This document shows positions 23,832 to 34,733 of a stretch of DNA of 64,000 nt, one piece after another. The DNA comes from Rickettsiales bacterium (GTDB taxonomy: Bacteria > Pseudomonadota > Alphaproteobacteria > Rickettsiales > JABSSG01). Within the stretch, counting starts at the first letter, position 1, and every line of letters starts with the position of its first letter. The DNA is taken from positions 5,114-69,113 of the forward strand of contig JAVKEN010000005.1 in NCBI GenBank assembly GCA_040221415.1. Reading direction: 5' to 3'. The position numbers were made by a program, and so were the translations under genes. The notes beneath the pieces were generated by a model, which had not been told where the DNA came from, ran no database searches, and saw only the letters and a list, made by a program, of their open reading frames with translations.

Positions 23832-25100
23832 TTACCCAACAGTTTGACTTGAAACACTTCTTTTGGCTGCGTATTCAAAGTCGAGGTCACTATAATAGCC
23901 TTTGCTTGTGAATGGAACAAGTTTTTTTCCTGAGTGGGCTTCTATTTTAAAAGCGGATTTACGAATTGTATTTGGAAGATCTGGTGCGTTGGTTTTATTT
24001 AATCTCATTACTGAGAAATTCTTTCTTTGCACACTTTTAAGAACATATTGTCCACAAAACACTATTTCGTTTTCTCTGAGTTCGATAGTATTGCTTAGGT
24101 GCTCTGGGTAAATGAAAATTTTATTTTGTTTTTTATTTATTTTGATAATAGCATTGCCTAGTGTAAACACCCCTTTCTTATTTAAAGAAATATGTGAAAC
24201 TATTAATTGTAAAGATTTCTTTCTTGGCCCATGTTGATCTTTACCACCTATAGTATTAATTACTGTACTTAAGCAACGAACGGCCAAATCTTTAGTTTGT
24301 TCTTTAAATGCATCTAACTTAATTATACAATATCCACTATTGTAAATGGTAATATGTTGTGCCAGAAACTTGTTGAGCGCTTGTATGTTTGTAGAGTAAA
24401 CTTCTTGTGTCTCTATGATTACATCATTTATGCGATCAAATATAACTGATTTATCTGTTTGATTTGACATCTCTACAAAACCTTCTGAATTTAAAATATT
24501 TCTGGCTAAATTTCTTTTGTATTTTAAATCTTTATTAGAAGGATCAGAGATCCATTGGACATCAATAGAATTCAGATAAAATTTGAGATCCTCTCTATGA
24601 AAACTTAATAACGGCCTTAAAACCCTAATATCGTTAAGAATGATTTTTTTATTTATACCTTTTAGACCCTTCAGAGAAGTTCCTCTTGTTAATCTTATAA
24701 AAAAGTTTTCTACATTATCATTTAGGGTGTGACCTGTAAAAAGATGATGAATTTTATTTTTTTTACAGTGTTGAGCAAGTAACTTATACCTTTCGATTCG
24801 GGCCGTTTCCTGCTTATTAGTTTTAATCGTATTTGGTTTAATTTTATAGTATTCATGATGAATTGAGTGCATGGCAAGCAAGTTATGCAATCGCAGAGTT
24901 TCATCTTTTGACTCTCTTCGTAGCGAATGATCAATAGTTACAGCTGATAATTGAAAGCCGTTTAGTTTGCACCATTCATTTAATAAGAATGTTAGAGCAA
25001 GAGAGTCGCTGCCACCAGATACCGACACACAAATTCTTGCTTTTTCTTCATAAGGTCCAAGTCTATTTACGTATTTAAAGAAACGATCTATGATATTCAT
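23832..25100 (-). CDS. tilS: tRNA(Ile)-lysidine synthetase
   Basis: SVSGGSDS, IDHSLR, ARIERY, GHTLND, RPLL, DPSN. Upstream of ftsH. Confidence 0.93.
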   Translation of the reverse strand: MNIIDRFFKYVNRLGPYEEKARICVSVSGGSDSLALTFLLNEWCKLNGFQLSAVTIDHSLRRESKDETLRLHNLLAMHSIHHEYYKIKPNTIKTNKQETARIERYKLLAQHCKKNKIHHLFTGHTLNDNVENFFIRLTRGTSLKGLKGINKKIILNDIRVLRPLLSFHREDLKFYLNSIDVQWISDPSNKDLKYKRNLARNILNSEGFVEMSNQTDKSVIFDRINDVIIETQEVYSTNIQALNKFLAQHITIYNSGYCIIKLDAFKEQTKDLAVRCLSTVINTIGGKDQHGPRKKSLQLIVSHISLNKKGVFTLGNAIIKINKKQNKIFIYPEHLSNTIELRENEIVFCGQYVLKSVQRKNFSVMRLNKTNAPDLPNTIRKSAFKIEAHSGKKLVPFTSKGYYSDLDFEYAAKRSVSSQTVG

Positions 25101-25117
25101 TTATTTGGAGATAAATT

Positions 25118-25996
25118 TTGCGTCTATTAATTTTCATTCTAGTCTTACCCTTCTATGCTTTTGCGGATACAGATGAGCATACAGTAAGAAGTGTTTACAC
25201 AGCTTCTGAGGATTATAATGCAAGATTCGCAAAAGAAAAGGCATTTAAACTAGCTTTAGATCAAGCCTATCAAATTATAGCTAATGACCTCAATCTTGAT
25301 TTCAAGAGTGACAAATGGAAAATTATTGACTCTGTGTTATCGTATCAAATTAAGAATGAAAAAATTTATGAAAACAAATATTCAGCAACTTTTGATATAA
25401 AATTTAATATATCTAAATTAAAAAAGTTGGCAAATAGAAGTAGCCACGAGACTAATCAAAAACTCAGATTAATTTATGAGCCTGTAGGTGATAGAGATGA
25501 TTTTTTGAATATTGCACAAAATTTATCTCAGATGCTAGGAGTAGATTTTATTTTATACAAAGATGCAGATAAATTGTTTCACAATGATATTGTTGTAACT
25601 TGTATCCAAAACCCCTCTGAAAAAGAATATGTCTTTTCTTTGGAGTCTGAGGGTAGGTTGATCAACTTGACTGCACGTGATTTAAAAGAAAGCTACTTTG
25701 CATTAATAAAAGTTTTATATAGTGAATTGATGTCGCCAATTAAAAAAGATGCGAATTACATCTTAATAAGTGGAGTTAGCGGTGAATCAAGTAATCCAGC
25801 TGTAGTACAAAAGTTTTTAAAAGAGTATTTTTGGATAAATAATATTAAAATCATAGGTTACGAATCTGAGATAAATCCAATATACCTCATAAATATTGCT
25901 GAAAAAGATGATTTGTTTTTAAGCTATGTTTATAATAACAATGACTATACACTAAATGATATGAGAATTTTTAAACAAATTTTTGAGAAGCTATGA
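25118..25996 (+). CDS. Secreted hypothetical protein (possibly DUF2066-like)
   Basis: Signal-peptide-like N-terminus, TTG start after GGAG. A..KA...A..QAY and Y.ATFDIKF segments and the position before AI-2E/hda resemble DUF2066. Family call tentative. Confidence 0.55.
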   Translation: MRLLIFILVLPFYAFADTDEHTVRSVYTASEDYNARFAKEKAFKLALDQAYQIIANDLNLDFKSDKWKIIDSVLSYQIKNEKIYENKYSATFDIKFNISKLKKLANRSSHETNQKLRLIYEPVGDRDDFLNIAQNLSQMLGVDFILYKDADKLFHNDIVVTCIQNPSEKEYVFSLESEGRLINLTARDLKESYFALIKVLYSELMSPIKKDANYILISGVSGESSNPAVVQKFLKEYFWINNIKIIGYESEINPIYLINIAEKDDLFLSYVYNNNDYTLNDMRIFKQIFEKL

Positions 25997-27060
25997 AGTC
26001 GGATATTAATCGGAATATATTTTTTATTTTTGCAATTTCCATATTTATTTATCTATTTTATTTATCTTGGAATGTAATCGCTCCCTTCTTAGGTTCATTT
26101 GTTATAGCCTATTTGTTTTCTCCTGTAGCAGAAAAAATTCACGAGAAAACTAAAATATCAAGATGGTTCATCTCACTGCTAATTGTTGCAGTAATTTTCA
26201 TTCTATTTATCTTGATTTGGGTTACATTAATTCCTGTTATTTATGATCAAATAGCTCATTTTGCTGGCAATATCCCTCAATACAAAGTTTTCATCAAGAG
26301 CAATGTTTACCCTAAAGTGGAAAGCATTGTCCGGAAATTTGATGCTAGCTATGTTACAAAACTAAAGCAAAATTTAGATAATGTGTTTACAATTTTTTTC
26401 CAAGCTGGTGTTGATCTTTTAAATAAAATTTGGAAATCAGGATATGCTGTTATAAATATAATAACCGCTATATTTCTTGTGCCTTTGGTAAGTTTTTATA
26501 TGATTAGAGACTGGAATAAAATATATGATAATGTTTTGGATATCGTCCCAGTGAAAAGTAAGAGCAATATTAGAAAGCTATTTAATGATATAAATCGTGC
26601 TCTCTCAGGGTTTATTAGGGGGCAATTGAATATTTGTATTATTCTTGCAATTTTTTATTCTATTGCTCTCAGTGTGATAGGTTTAAAATATGGTGTTTTT
26701 ATAGGGATAACTACTGGACTTATTTCCTTTATTCCATTCATTGGATTAACGAGTGGTTTTATAATTTCACTGATTGTTTCTTATTTCCAAGATGCATCAT
26801 GGCACGGTGTGATGATGGTCTGTGTTGTTTTTGGAATAGGTAACTTAATAGAAAGCCTGATATCACCAAAAATTGTTGGCAATAAGGTTGGCTTGCATCC
26901 AATATGGGTAATTTTTGCGCTAATAGTGGGTGCTTCTACTCTTGGTTTTTTTGGAATGCTTGTCGCTATTCCAGTTGCTGCTGTACTAGGTGTAATACTG
27001 AGATTCTTTATTGAGATGTATAAAGACAGCAGTTTGTTTAGTAACAAAAAAAGAAAGTAA
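25993..27060 (+). CDS. AI-2E/PerM family transporter
   Basis: APFLGSFVIAYLFSP, GFIRGQL, FIPFIG, SPKIVGNKVGLHPIWVIFAL, GMLVAIPVAA. Confidence 0.92.
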   Translation: MKSDINRNIFFIFAISIFIYLFYLSWNVIAPFLGSFVIAYLFSPVAEKIHEKTKISRWFISLLIVAVIFILFILIWVTLIPVIYDQIAHFAGNIPQYKVFIKSNVYPKVESIVRKFDASYVTKLKQNLDNVFTIFFQAGVDLLNKIWKSGYAVINIITAIFLVPLVSFYMIRDWNKIYDNVLDIVPVKSKSNIRKLFNDINRALSGFIRGQLNICIILAIFYSIALSVIGLKYGVFIGITTGLISFIPFIGLTSGFIISLIVSYFQDASWHGVMMVCVVFGIGNLIESLISPKIVGNKVGLHPIWVIFALIVGASTLGFFGMLVAIPVAAVLGVILRFFIEMYKDSSLFSNKKRK

Positions 27061-27062
27061 TT

Positions 27063-27731
27063 TTGTCTCAAGTACCTTTTAATATTAAATCCTCACCTAG
27101 TTATTTAGAAGATGACTTTTTTGTCTCTGATGTAAATGTCTTTGCCAAGAAGTGGGTGGATAGCTGGCCTAATTGGGGAGAGGGTGGACTAAACAAAATA
27201 TTTGTTCTCATTGGAGAAGAGGGGTCGGGGAAAACTCATTTGGCAAATATATGGGGAGAAAGAGCCAATGCAATTGAGCTGAACATTTCTAATATTGTTA
27301 ATAAGACATATAACTCTTCCGAATCTGACAATTTTGTTTTTGAGGATGTGCATAAATATCAATCTTATGCTGAAGATATTTTTTATTTGCTTAATTATGT
27401 AATCAACAATGGAAAATATTTATTTATTACTAGTTCAAAAAGCATAAAACTTATTGATTTCAAGCTGAAGGATCTCAGCTCTCGTCTTAGTGGAGCAATA
27501 TTAGTTGATTTGTTAAGTCCTGATGAGAATGTTATCTCACAAGTTATAATGAAATATTTTTCTGATAGGCAAATGAGAATTGATCAAAAAACTATCAAAT
27601 TTCTAAGTGTAAGAGTACCCAGGTCATACCCAAATGTGAAAAAGATTCTTGAAGAGATAGATTACTTGTCGTTAAAAAATAAAATGCCAGTAACAATACC
27701 TTTTCTACAAAAGTATTTTGATCTAATTTAA
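27063..27731 (+). CDS. hdaA: DnaA regulatory inactivator Hda-like protein
   Basis: FFVSDVN, GEEGSGKTHLA, FEDV, LKDLSSRL, RVPRSY. DnaA-like AAA+ domain without a DNA-binding domain. Confidence 0.85.
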   Translation: MSQVPFNIKSSPSYLEDDFFVSDVNVFAKKWVDSWPNWGEGGLNKIFVLIGEEGSGKTHLANIWGERANAIELNISNIVNKTYNSSESDNFVFEDVHKYQSYAEDIFYLLNYVINNGKYLFITSSKSIKLIDFKLKDLSSRLSGAILVDLLSPDENVISQVIMKYFSDRQMRIDQKTIKFLSVRVPRSYPNVKKILEEIDYLSLKNKMPVTIPFLQKYFDLI

Positions 27732-30700
27732 ATAATCTGTTCTATTAAGGATTCATTTATCCATCCAAGATAACATTCTATTCTGTGTGCCGTATATATT
27801 TTTTCTAAGGCCTCCTTGTAATACTCAAGCTGCAGTTTGTAATTTTTTTGAGTTTCTTCGGTTCTGGCAGAGAATTTATAATCTAATATCTTAATTAGAT
27901 CCCCTTTAATTATTATGAGATCAGCAACTCCTTTCCTGTATTTTCCATCCTTATTAAACAAAAAAGCCTTTTCTTTCATGACTTGGTTACTACTTGAAAT
28001 CATATCCTCCACTTTGCGAATAAAATTTTCTAATCTTATGCGTTCCGATTTGTTTAAAGTCATATGAAATTTCTTTGAGTGATTGAATATTATCTCAGTA
28101 AGATCATAGCTCTCCTCTGAAATAATATGCTCAAGAATTTTGTGCATCATCACTCCCTTGGATGTCGCTTCTAGGTCATAATTTTGGTTAGTAGTTTCTA
28201 TTGATTTGTTGTTTTTGAAGTCTTCAAAATTCAAAGTAATTTGATTTTTGCTGCTGGTTGTCTTTTTGCGCAGAGGCCTTACAGGCTCTATATTGTTTTG
28301 TATAAAGTATTTTTTAGTGCTTAACGTATTAGCAAAGTTATTTGCATTTTTGTTTATTAAGTCATAACCAAATATGTCTGAAATATTTTTAGCAATTAGT
28401 GTATTCTCACAAGTTTTAATAATATATTTCATCCACGAATTTTGCGGTAAACTTTGGTAGTTACTGTAACCAAATATATAAAGCTGATCCTTAGCTCTTG
28501 TAATGGCCACGTATAATAAGCGATAATATTCCGATATAATTTTCTCGTTATTAATTTTCTTTGATTCCTGGAATTCTTTGCAGAGAATAGGAGAATTTAC
28601 TCCGTAAATAGGTATGTTGTTTACACTATCCCAAAATTGATTTCCCGACGGACGAGGTGTTGAGACAGCATCAGCCAAAATGACTATTTTGGATTGCAAT
28701 CCTTTAGCACCGTGTATGGTAAGCAGATTTACATTTTCAGAACTTAAATTAGCTTCTTGTTTGATAATAATCTGCGTTTTCTCCAACCAATCTAAAAAAT
28801 TTAGCAAAGACCCATTGTGTTTATTTTGTTGAGATTCGCATATATCTAGAAAGTGATTGATGATATCTTCAGCCACAGAGCCATATTCTGATAAATATTT
28901 TTGCTTAATGCCTTTTTTAACAAGAAGATCAAAATATAGATCAAATATTTGAGAAGTTGAGAATTCCAGATAATACTTAAGAACTTTTTGTACGTGCAGT
29001 ATTTCTTGTTGTTCGGAGTTTAAGATTTCTTTCCAGACATCATTCTTCCGTTTATAGCATAACTTATACAAGTTCTCTTCAGAAACATCGAAAATAGGTG
29101 ATTTCAGTAAAGCGGCTAAATTCAGGTCGTCATACTGGAATAAAAGAAATTTTCCAAATGATATTAAATCTTTGACTATAATATTATTTGTCAGTGAAAT
29201 TCTATCAAGCCCAGAAAATGGGATATTTTTCTCTTTTAGAAGGCGAGATATTAGCAATGTATGTCTGTCACGCTTTTGAACCAATATCATTATATCTTCT
29301 GGGTTTTCACCAGATTCAACCAAACTCTTGACTTTGGATGCAACTAAATTTGCATTAATTTCTAAAGGACTACTACTGTCGTTATGCTCTGTTGGTAGTA
29401 TCCAGCGACTCTCAATTTTTTCTCTTTTAAGAGGTATAATGGTTGGGGACACTTCTATTTTACTGAAGTTTTGTTTTGCTCTTGAGATATGCTTTATATA
29501 ATTTTGTGTCAATGGAGATGAGAAATTATAATTTATATCGCTAAATATTTCATCAACACAATCTAATATCAGCTGGCTTGTCCTAAATGAAGAATTAAGG
29601 TGTACTTTACTCAAAGATTTTTTATAAGTTTTTAAATATTCTTTGATCTTCTCTTCAATCGCTGAAAATATGATGGGAGAAGAGCCTTGAAAGCTATAGA
29701 TAGACTGCTTTTCATCTCCCACCACGAATATTGAAGAGTTTTCATCACTTAATATCTCCTCTTTCAATGACAGAATGATTTTCCATTGCTCGATGCTTGT
29801 GTCTTGACTCTCATCAACTAAAATATGTCTAAGCTTTGGAAAAATTTTATGAAATACAGCAGACTTATTCCTTGGGACACTCAGCAAATGTGAGGCATAT
29901 CTAATTAAGTCATTATAATCAATAAATCCTTTCTGAATTTTTAATTTATTATAGTGCCTGTGCAGAATTATTCTTAATTCACATAAAGATTTTGACAAGC
30001 GAGCTTGGTAGATTGCATATTTTTCTTCTAAAATGTCTGATAGGTCATTCTGAATTGAAATAAGTTCGTTTTCTAACCTGCCAGCTTTACTCGTTTGGTG
30101 GCTAGTTAAAAGCCGTTTGCGAGGTGTATAAGACTGGGTGTATAAAATCTCAACTAGTGAATCTAACAGTTTTTCTGGATTGTTAATTTTTATCGCTTCA
30201 TTTAATTCTGATAAAACCGAAATATCGTCGATGTGTTCACTAAATTTAGCACAAGTAAATTTAACTCTTAATGCTAAAGCATCTATATTTTTTGGGTAAT
30301 TGATTCTAGACTCTAATTTAAAATATTCCTCTACTCTTTTTACTAATCTAGCGTAATTTTCTTCTATATCAGTCCACTCAGAAGATTCGTTCTCATACGA
30401 CATTAGCTCTTCAATTAACTGAAAAAAACTTCTTTCACTAAGATTCTCAAAAAGAAAATTAACATTAGATTCTTTAGGAAGTTTTTGTTTTAAAATATCT
30501 AGTGCAGCTTGATTTATTAATTCACATTTATCGTTCTCATCAAGTATTTGAAAATCTCCCGCAATACCAGACTCGTAAGGAAAAGTATTAATTATATCCT
30601 GACACAATGAGTGTATAGTAGAAATTTTAAGGGGGGTATTATCATCTAATATTTTGTATATAAGATGGCGTGCTTTTGTTATGATTGTTTTCGTTGGGCT

Positions 30701-30961
30701 TACGTTGAGTCCTTGAAGATCCGCGATCAAATCTTTTTCTTCTTTTTGAAACCAACTAAAAAGTACATCTTTGATTCTCTCATACATCTCTGATGAAGCT
30801 GATTTTGTAAAAGTAATACAAAGAATGCTTTCAGGTGGTTGGCCACTGAGCAGTATTCTTAACACTCTGTCGACAAGGAGTTTTGTTTTACCAGACCCAG
30901 CCGATGCTGAAACCCAAATATTTTTCGTTGGATCTGATGCTTCTAAATATGATTTAATCAC
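27728..30961 (-). CDS. addA: Double-strand break repair helicase-nuclease AddA
   Basis: WVSASAGSGKT, TFTKSAS, VDESQDT, VGDEKQSIYSFQG, LLTIHGAKGLQ, LLYVAITRA, and C-terminal RecB nuclease ADL...DYK...QL. Confidence 0.93.
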   Translation of the reverse strand: MIKSYLEASDPTKNIWVSASAGSGKTKLLVDRVLRILLSGQPPESILCITFTKSASSEMYERIKDVLFSWFQKEEKDLIADLQGLNVSPTKTIITKARHLIYKILDDNTPLKISTIHSLCQDIINTFPYESGIAGDFQILDENDKCELINQAALDILKQKLPKESNVNFLFENLSERSFFQLIEELMSYENESSEWTDIEENYARLVKRVEEYFKLESRINYPKNIDALALRVKFTCAKFSEHIDDISVLSELNEAIKINNPEKLLDSLVEILYTQSYTPRKRLLTSHQTSKAGRLENELISIQNDLSDILEEKYAIYQARLSKSLCELRIILHRHYNKLKIQKGFIDYNDLIRYASHLLSVPRNKSAVFHKIFPKLRHILVDESQDTSIEQWKIILSLKEEILSDENSSIFVVGDEKQSIYSFQGSSPIIFSAIEEKIKEYLKTYKKSLSKVHLNSSFRTSQLILDCVDEIFSDINYNFSSPLTQNYIKHISRAKQNFSKIEVSPTIIPLKREKIESRWILPTEHNDSSSPLEINANLVASKVKSLVESGENPEDIMILVQKRDRHTLLISRLLKEKNIPFSGLDRISLTNNIIVKDLISFGKFLLFQYDDLNLAALLKSPIFDVSEENLYKLCYKRKNDVWKEILNSEQQEILHVQKVLKYYLEFSTSQIFDLYFDLLVKKGIKQKYLSEYGSVAEDIINHFLDICESQQNKHNGSLLNFLDWLEKTQIIIKQEANLSSENVNLLTIHGAKGLQSKIVILADAVSTPRPSGNQFWDSVNNIPIYGVNSPILCKEFQESKKINNEKIISEYYRLLYVAITRAKDQLYIFGYSNYQSLPQNSWMKYIIKTCENTLIAKNISDIFGYDLINKNANNFANTLSTKKYFIQNNIEPVRPLRKKTTSSKNQITLNFEDFKNNKSIETTNQNYDLEATSKGVMMHKILEHIISEESYDLTEIIFNHSKKFHMTLNKSERIRLENFIRKVEDMISSSNQVMKEKAFLFNKDGKYRKGVADLIIIKGDLIKILDYKFSARTEETQKNYKLQLEYYKEALEKIYTAHRIECYLGWINESLIEQII

Positions 30962-30963
30962 CT

Positions 30964-31440
30964 TTAGGGTTGTATATTTTGAATTAATTTTCCTGAGTTA
31001 GGGATAAAATTTTTCCACAATTCTATATCTATCTCAAATTGTTTGAAAGATCCGGGTAAACAAGATATGTGGCTTTCGTCTTTGCACAGGTTGCATCCTA
31101 TTTCGCTTATAATTGGGTTATGTCCTACAATTAACACGTTGCTGTATTTATCATTAATATCTGTAATAATTTTATTTAAATTTTTATCTTCATATGAATA
31201 TAAACTCTCGCTCCATTCTACCTCAAAACTTGCTTTTTGGTTCGATTTAATTATTTCAAAAGTTTGTTTGGCTCTCTTGATAGGTGAGCTTATTATAAAA
31301 TCAAATATGATGTTGTGGCTTTTAAGTTTGTTTGCTAAATTTTCAATATCTAGCCTTCCTTCTTCGCTCAAAATTCTAGATCTGTCATCTAGAGGGTTCT
31401 GCGGTGATTTTCCATGACGTAGAATAGATATGTATTTCAT
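30964..31440 (-). CDS. sixA: SixA-type histidine phosphatase
   Basis: LRHGKS, SSPIKRAKQT, LIVGHNP. Start set at the ATG at 31440. Confidence 0.88.
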   Translation of the reverse strand: MKYISILRHGKSPQNPLDDRSRILSEEGRLDIENLANKLKSHNIIFDFIISSPIKRAKQTFEIIKSNQKASFEVEWSESLYSYEDKNLNKIITDINDKYSNVLIVGHNPIISEIGCNLCKDESHISCLPGSFKQFEIDIELWKNFIPNSGKLIQNIQP

Positions 31441-31507
31441 AATTAGAGTTGGAATTTGCAAAGAATATTATTATAAATGATCTGATATAACAAGATTTTA
31501 CTAAAAA

Positions 31508-32269
31508 ATGTTGATTCTACTTTCTCCAGCAAAAACTTTAGATGAGATGCCTTTAAATCTCTCAATTAAGTCTACCGATCCTTATTTTCAAAAAGAGATT
31601 AGGGAATTAGTTGCTGTTATGAGAAAGAAGTCGTCCGATGATCTTCAAAAATTGATGGGCGTTAGTAAAAAAATTGCTGAATTAAATTATCAAAGGTACC
31701 AGGACTTCTCTGAAAAGTACACTAATCAAAATTCTAAGCCCTCTTTGTTTATGTTTAAGGGCGAGGTTTATAATGAAATGCAAGTTGCTGATTACAAAGA
31801 AAGTGATTTGAATTTTGCGCAAAAGCACCTATACATCATTTCTGGCCTATATGGCTTGTTAAGGCCTCTAGATAAAATGCAGCCATACCGTCTTGAGATG
31901 AGTACTAGGCTTAAAACTAAATTTGGTAAAAATCTATACGATTTCTGGGGCAATAGAATTGTCACCACCCTTAATAAGAGTGAAGAAAGTGATGTTTTAA
32001 TAAACCTTGCTTCAAAAGAGTATTTTAGCTCTGTAAATACTGCTATGTTTAATGGTAGGATTGTTAATATTCACTTTAAAGTGAATAAAGGAGGAGCATT
32101 AAAAGTTGTTGGAATTATTGCAAAGAGGGCGAGGGGATCTATGGCAGACTATATAATAAAGAACAAAATAAGAAATCTAGAATTAATAAAAAATTTTAAA
32201 GGGCAGGGTTTTAGGTTTGACGAAAAACTGTCGAATTTAGAGAATTTTGTTTTTGTAAAATCCACATAA
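31508..32269 (+). CDS. yaaA: Peroxide stress protein YaaA (UPF0246)
   Basis: MLILLSPAKTLD, FKGEVY, ISGLYGLLRPLDKMQPYRLEM, NLASKEY, AKRARG. Confidence 0.95.
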   Translation: MLILLSPAKTLDEMPLNLSIKSTDPYFQKEIRELVAVMRKKSSDDLQKLMGVSKKIAELNYQRYQDFSEKYTNQNSKPSLFMFKGEVYNEMQVADYKESDLNFAQKHLYIISGLYGLLRPLDKMQPYRLEMSTRLKTKFGKNLYDFWGNRIVTTLNKSEESDVLINLASKEYFSSVNTAMFNGRIVNIHFKVNKGGALKVVGIIAKRARGSMADYIIKNKIRNLELIKNFKGQGFRFDEKLSNLENFVFVKST

Positions 32270-32276
32270 ATATAGT

Positions 32277-32987
32277 TTGTTCAATCACACGTTACTTTTA
32301 GATAGACGCAGGAGGTTAGGTAAGAGATTCCATAAAGCAAACTTCTTGCACAAGATTTCAAATGATGAGATTTGCTTTAGAGCTAGAGTAATTAGTGATA
32401 AATATGGAAAAGTTTTGGAGGTGGGCTGCAGAGGAGACTTTCTAGAAAAAGAAATTATAGAAAATATTAAATTTTCTAAATACAACAAAATTAGCGAGAT
32501 CGAGGTAGGTGATTTTGAGGAAAAAGATTACGATCTTATAATAAGCAGCTTATCATTCCATTATTTAAATGATTTTAGGGAGTTCATGCTAAAATTGCAT
32601 AAAATTCTTGCTCCTAAGGGTGTATTGATTTTTTCTATCTTCGGTAACGATACCTTGCTTGATTTCAAAAGAAAAATAGCTGAAATTGAGATGAAAAATA
32701 TTGGTGCTGCGTACCAGAGAATTATTCCTATGATCAGAGATCAAGACATTTCCCATACTTTAAATGCTTCTGGGTTTACAGAGGTAGTTGTTGATTCGAT
32801 GCGTCAAGGGGTTGTATATCAGGATCTAAGCTCTCTTGCGAGGGATGTGAGGTTGATGGCTGAGAATAATATTATGGATTCTGTGAAAAGCAAAATAAAT
32901 AAGAAGGTTTTCTTAGATTTGCAGAAAAATTATAATAATAAGGTTTTTGAGAATTTCGATATGATTTTTGCTACTGCCATAAAATAA
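32277..32987 (+). CDS. SAM-dependent methyltransferase (BioC-like / NDUFAF5-like)
   Basis: VLEVGCRG, DLIISSLSFHYLND, LAPKGVLIFSIFG, L.RDVR.M.E. TTG start. Confidence 0.75.
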   Translation: MFNHTLLLDRRRRLGKRFHKANFLHKISNDEICFRARVISDKYGKVLEVGCRGDFLEKEIIENIKFSKYNKISEIEVGDFEEKDYDLIISSLSFHYLNDFREFMLKLHKILAPKGVLIFSIFGNDTLLDFKRKIAEIEMKNIGAAYQRIIPMIRDQDISHTLNASGFTEVVVDSMRQGVVYQDLSSLARDVRLMAENNIMDSVKSKINKKVFLDLQKNYNNKVFENFDMIFATAIK

Positions 32988-33064
<77 letters not shown>

Positions 33065-33186
33065 TTAAGGGAGTTGTATTAATATCAATTAAACAATTTC
33101 GAGTAAATAATTTTTTGTACTTTTACTTTTATTGGTTGAAAAAAAGACAGTAAATCGTATAAAGTTACACAAACTACTTTGCTAAC

Positions 33187-34320
33187 ATGAAAATCGCAAT
33201 TTTACGAGAAAGACAAGTTTCAGAAAATAGGGTGGCAATAACTCCCGATTTAGTGAAATCGTACAAAGATATGGGCTTTGAGGTCTGTATAGAAGGTGGA
33301 GCTGGTACTGCAGCCAGCTACAGCGATGAGTGTTTTGAAAGTGCTGGGGCAAAAATATCCAAAGTACTTCTAGAAATTCTCGCTGATGCAGATATCTTGT
33401 TGAAGGTACAAAACTCACCGACTGATGAAAAAGTTGAACTTGAATATATGAAAGAGGGTTCAATTATTATTGGCATGATGTCGCCATTTGAAAATGCCAA
33501 ATATTTTGAGAATGCTAATGCTAAGAAAATTAATATTTTCTCGATGGAATTTGTGCCAAGAATTACAAGAGCGCAGAGCATGGATGTTCTGTCTTCTCAA
33601 AGCAATTTAGCTGGATATCGTGCTGTTATTGAAGCTTCGTACCATTACTCAAAACTGTTTCCAATGTTGATGACTGCTGCTGGGACTATATCTCCGGCTA
33701 AAGTATTAATTCTTGGAGCTGGGGTTGCCGGCTTGCAAGCAATTGCTACAGCTAAAAGATTAGGAGCTGTCGTAAATGTTTTTGATGTTAGGGCCGCAGC
33801 AAAAGAGCAAGTTGAAAGCTTGGGAGCTAAGTTTGTTGAAGTTGAATCAGATGAGGATATGGAAACTTCGGGAGGTTATGCAAAAGAGGCTTCGGAGGAA
33901 TATAAGAGAAAGCAGTCAAGGTTAATAGATGAATATGTTGTTAAGTCCGACATTGTTATAACGACAGCTTTGATACCTGGGAAAAAAGCTCCTACCCTTG
34001 TTACAAGACGGATGGTTGAGGATATGAAATCTGGTTCGGTTGTTATTGACCTAGCTGCAATTTCAGGTGGAAATTGTGAATTGACAGAGCTTGATAATAT
34101 TGTGGAGTTTGAAGGAAAAAAAATTGTAGGTCTTAGAAATATATTGTCTTCAGTAGCTACCGATGCAAGCAAGATGTATTCAAAAAATCTGTATAACTTT
34201 GTAAAGTTACTTTTTGATAGCGATGAGAAAAAAATTCAAATTAACCTGGACGATGAAATTATAAAGCACTCACTAATTACTAGTGAAGGAAAAGTGATTA
34301 ATGAAAGGTTGAAGACGTAG
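33187..34320 (+). CDS. pntAa: NAD(P) transhydrogenase subunit alpha part 1 (domain I)
   Basis: [56 protein letters not shown]. Confidence 0.96.
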   Translation: MKIAILRERQVSENRVAITPDLVKSYKDMGFEVCIEGGAGTAASYSDECFESAGAKISKVLLEILADADILLKVQNSPTDEKVELEYMKEGSIIIGMMSPFENAKYFENANAKKINIFSMEFVPRITRAQSMDVLSSQSNLAGYRAVIEASYHYSKLFPMLMTAAGTISPAKVLILGAGVAGLQAIATAKRLGAVVNVFDVRAAAKEQVESLGAKFVEVESDEDMETSGGYAKEASEEYKRKQSRLIDEYVVKSDIVITTALIPGKKAPTLVTRRMVEDMKSGSVVIDLAAISGGNCELTELDNIVEFEGKKIVGLRNILSSVATDASKMYSKNLYNFVKLLFDSDEKKIQINLDDEIIKHSLITSEGKVINERLKT

Positions 34321-34322
34321 GA

Positions 34323-34733
34323 ATGAAAAAATCTATTAGCAAAATTGAATCTCTCTCAGGTGAGATTGTTACAAAAGCAAAGCAGATTGTTGTTGAGGCT
34401 GGAAATGCTGGCTCCAGCACGACTGAGTGCTCTAATGTGGTTAGTGGAGTAGATCCTTTTGTGTTTGCAGTCACAGTGTTTATCCTGGCTTGTTTCATTG
34501 GGTACTATGTTGTTTGGAAGGTGACGCCTGCTCTTCATACCCCGTTAATGTCAGTCACAAATGCTATCTCTGGAATTATTATTGTGGGTGCAATGATTGC
34601 ACTTGGTCCTAAGGGAATGGGGGTTTCTCAGGTGGTTGGGTTCATTTCAGTTGTAATTGCCTCAATAAATATTTTTGGTGGATTTGTTGTCACTAACAGA
34701 ATGTTACAAATGTTTAAAAAGAAAAGTAAATGA
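34323..34733 (+). CDS. pntAb: NAD(P) transhydrogenase subunit alpha part 2 (membrane)
   Basis: [35 protein letters not shown]. Confidence 0.96.
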   Translation: MKKSISKIESLSGEIVTKAKQIVVEAGNAGSSTTECSNVVSGVDPFVFAVTVFILACFIGYYVVWKVTPALHTPLMSVTNAISGIIIVGAMIALGPKGMGVSQVVGFISVVIASINIFGGFVVTNRMLQMFKKKSK

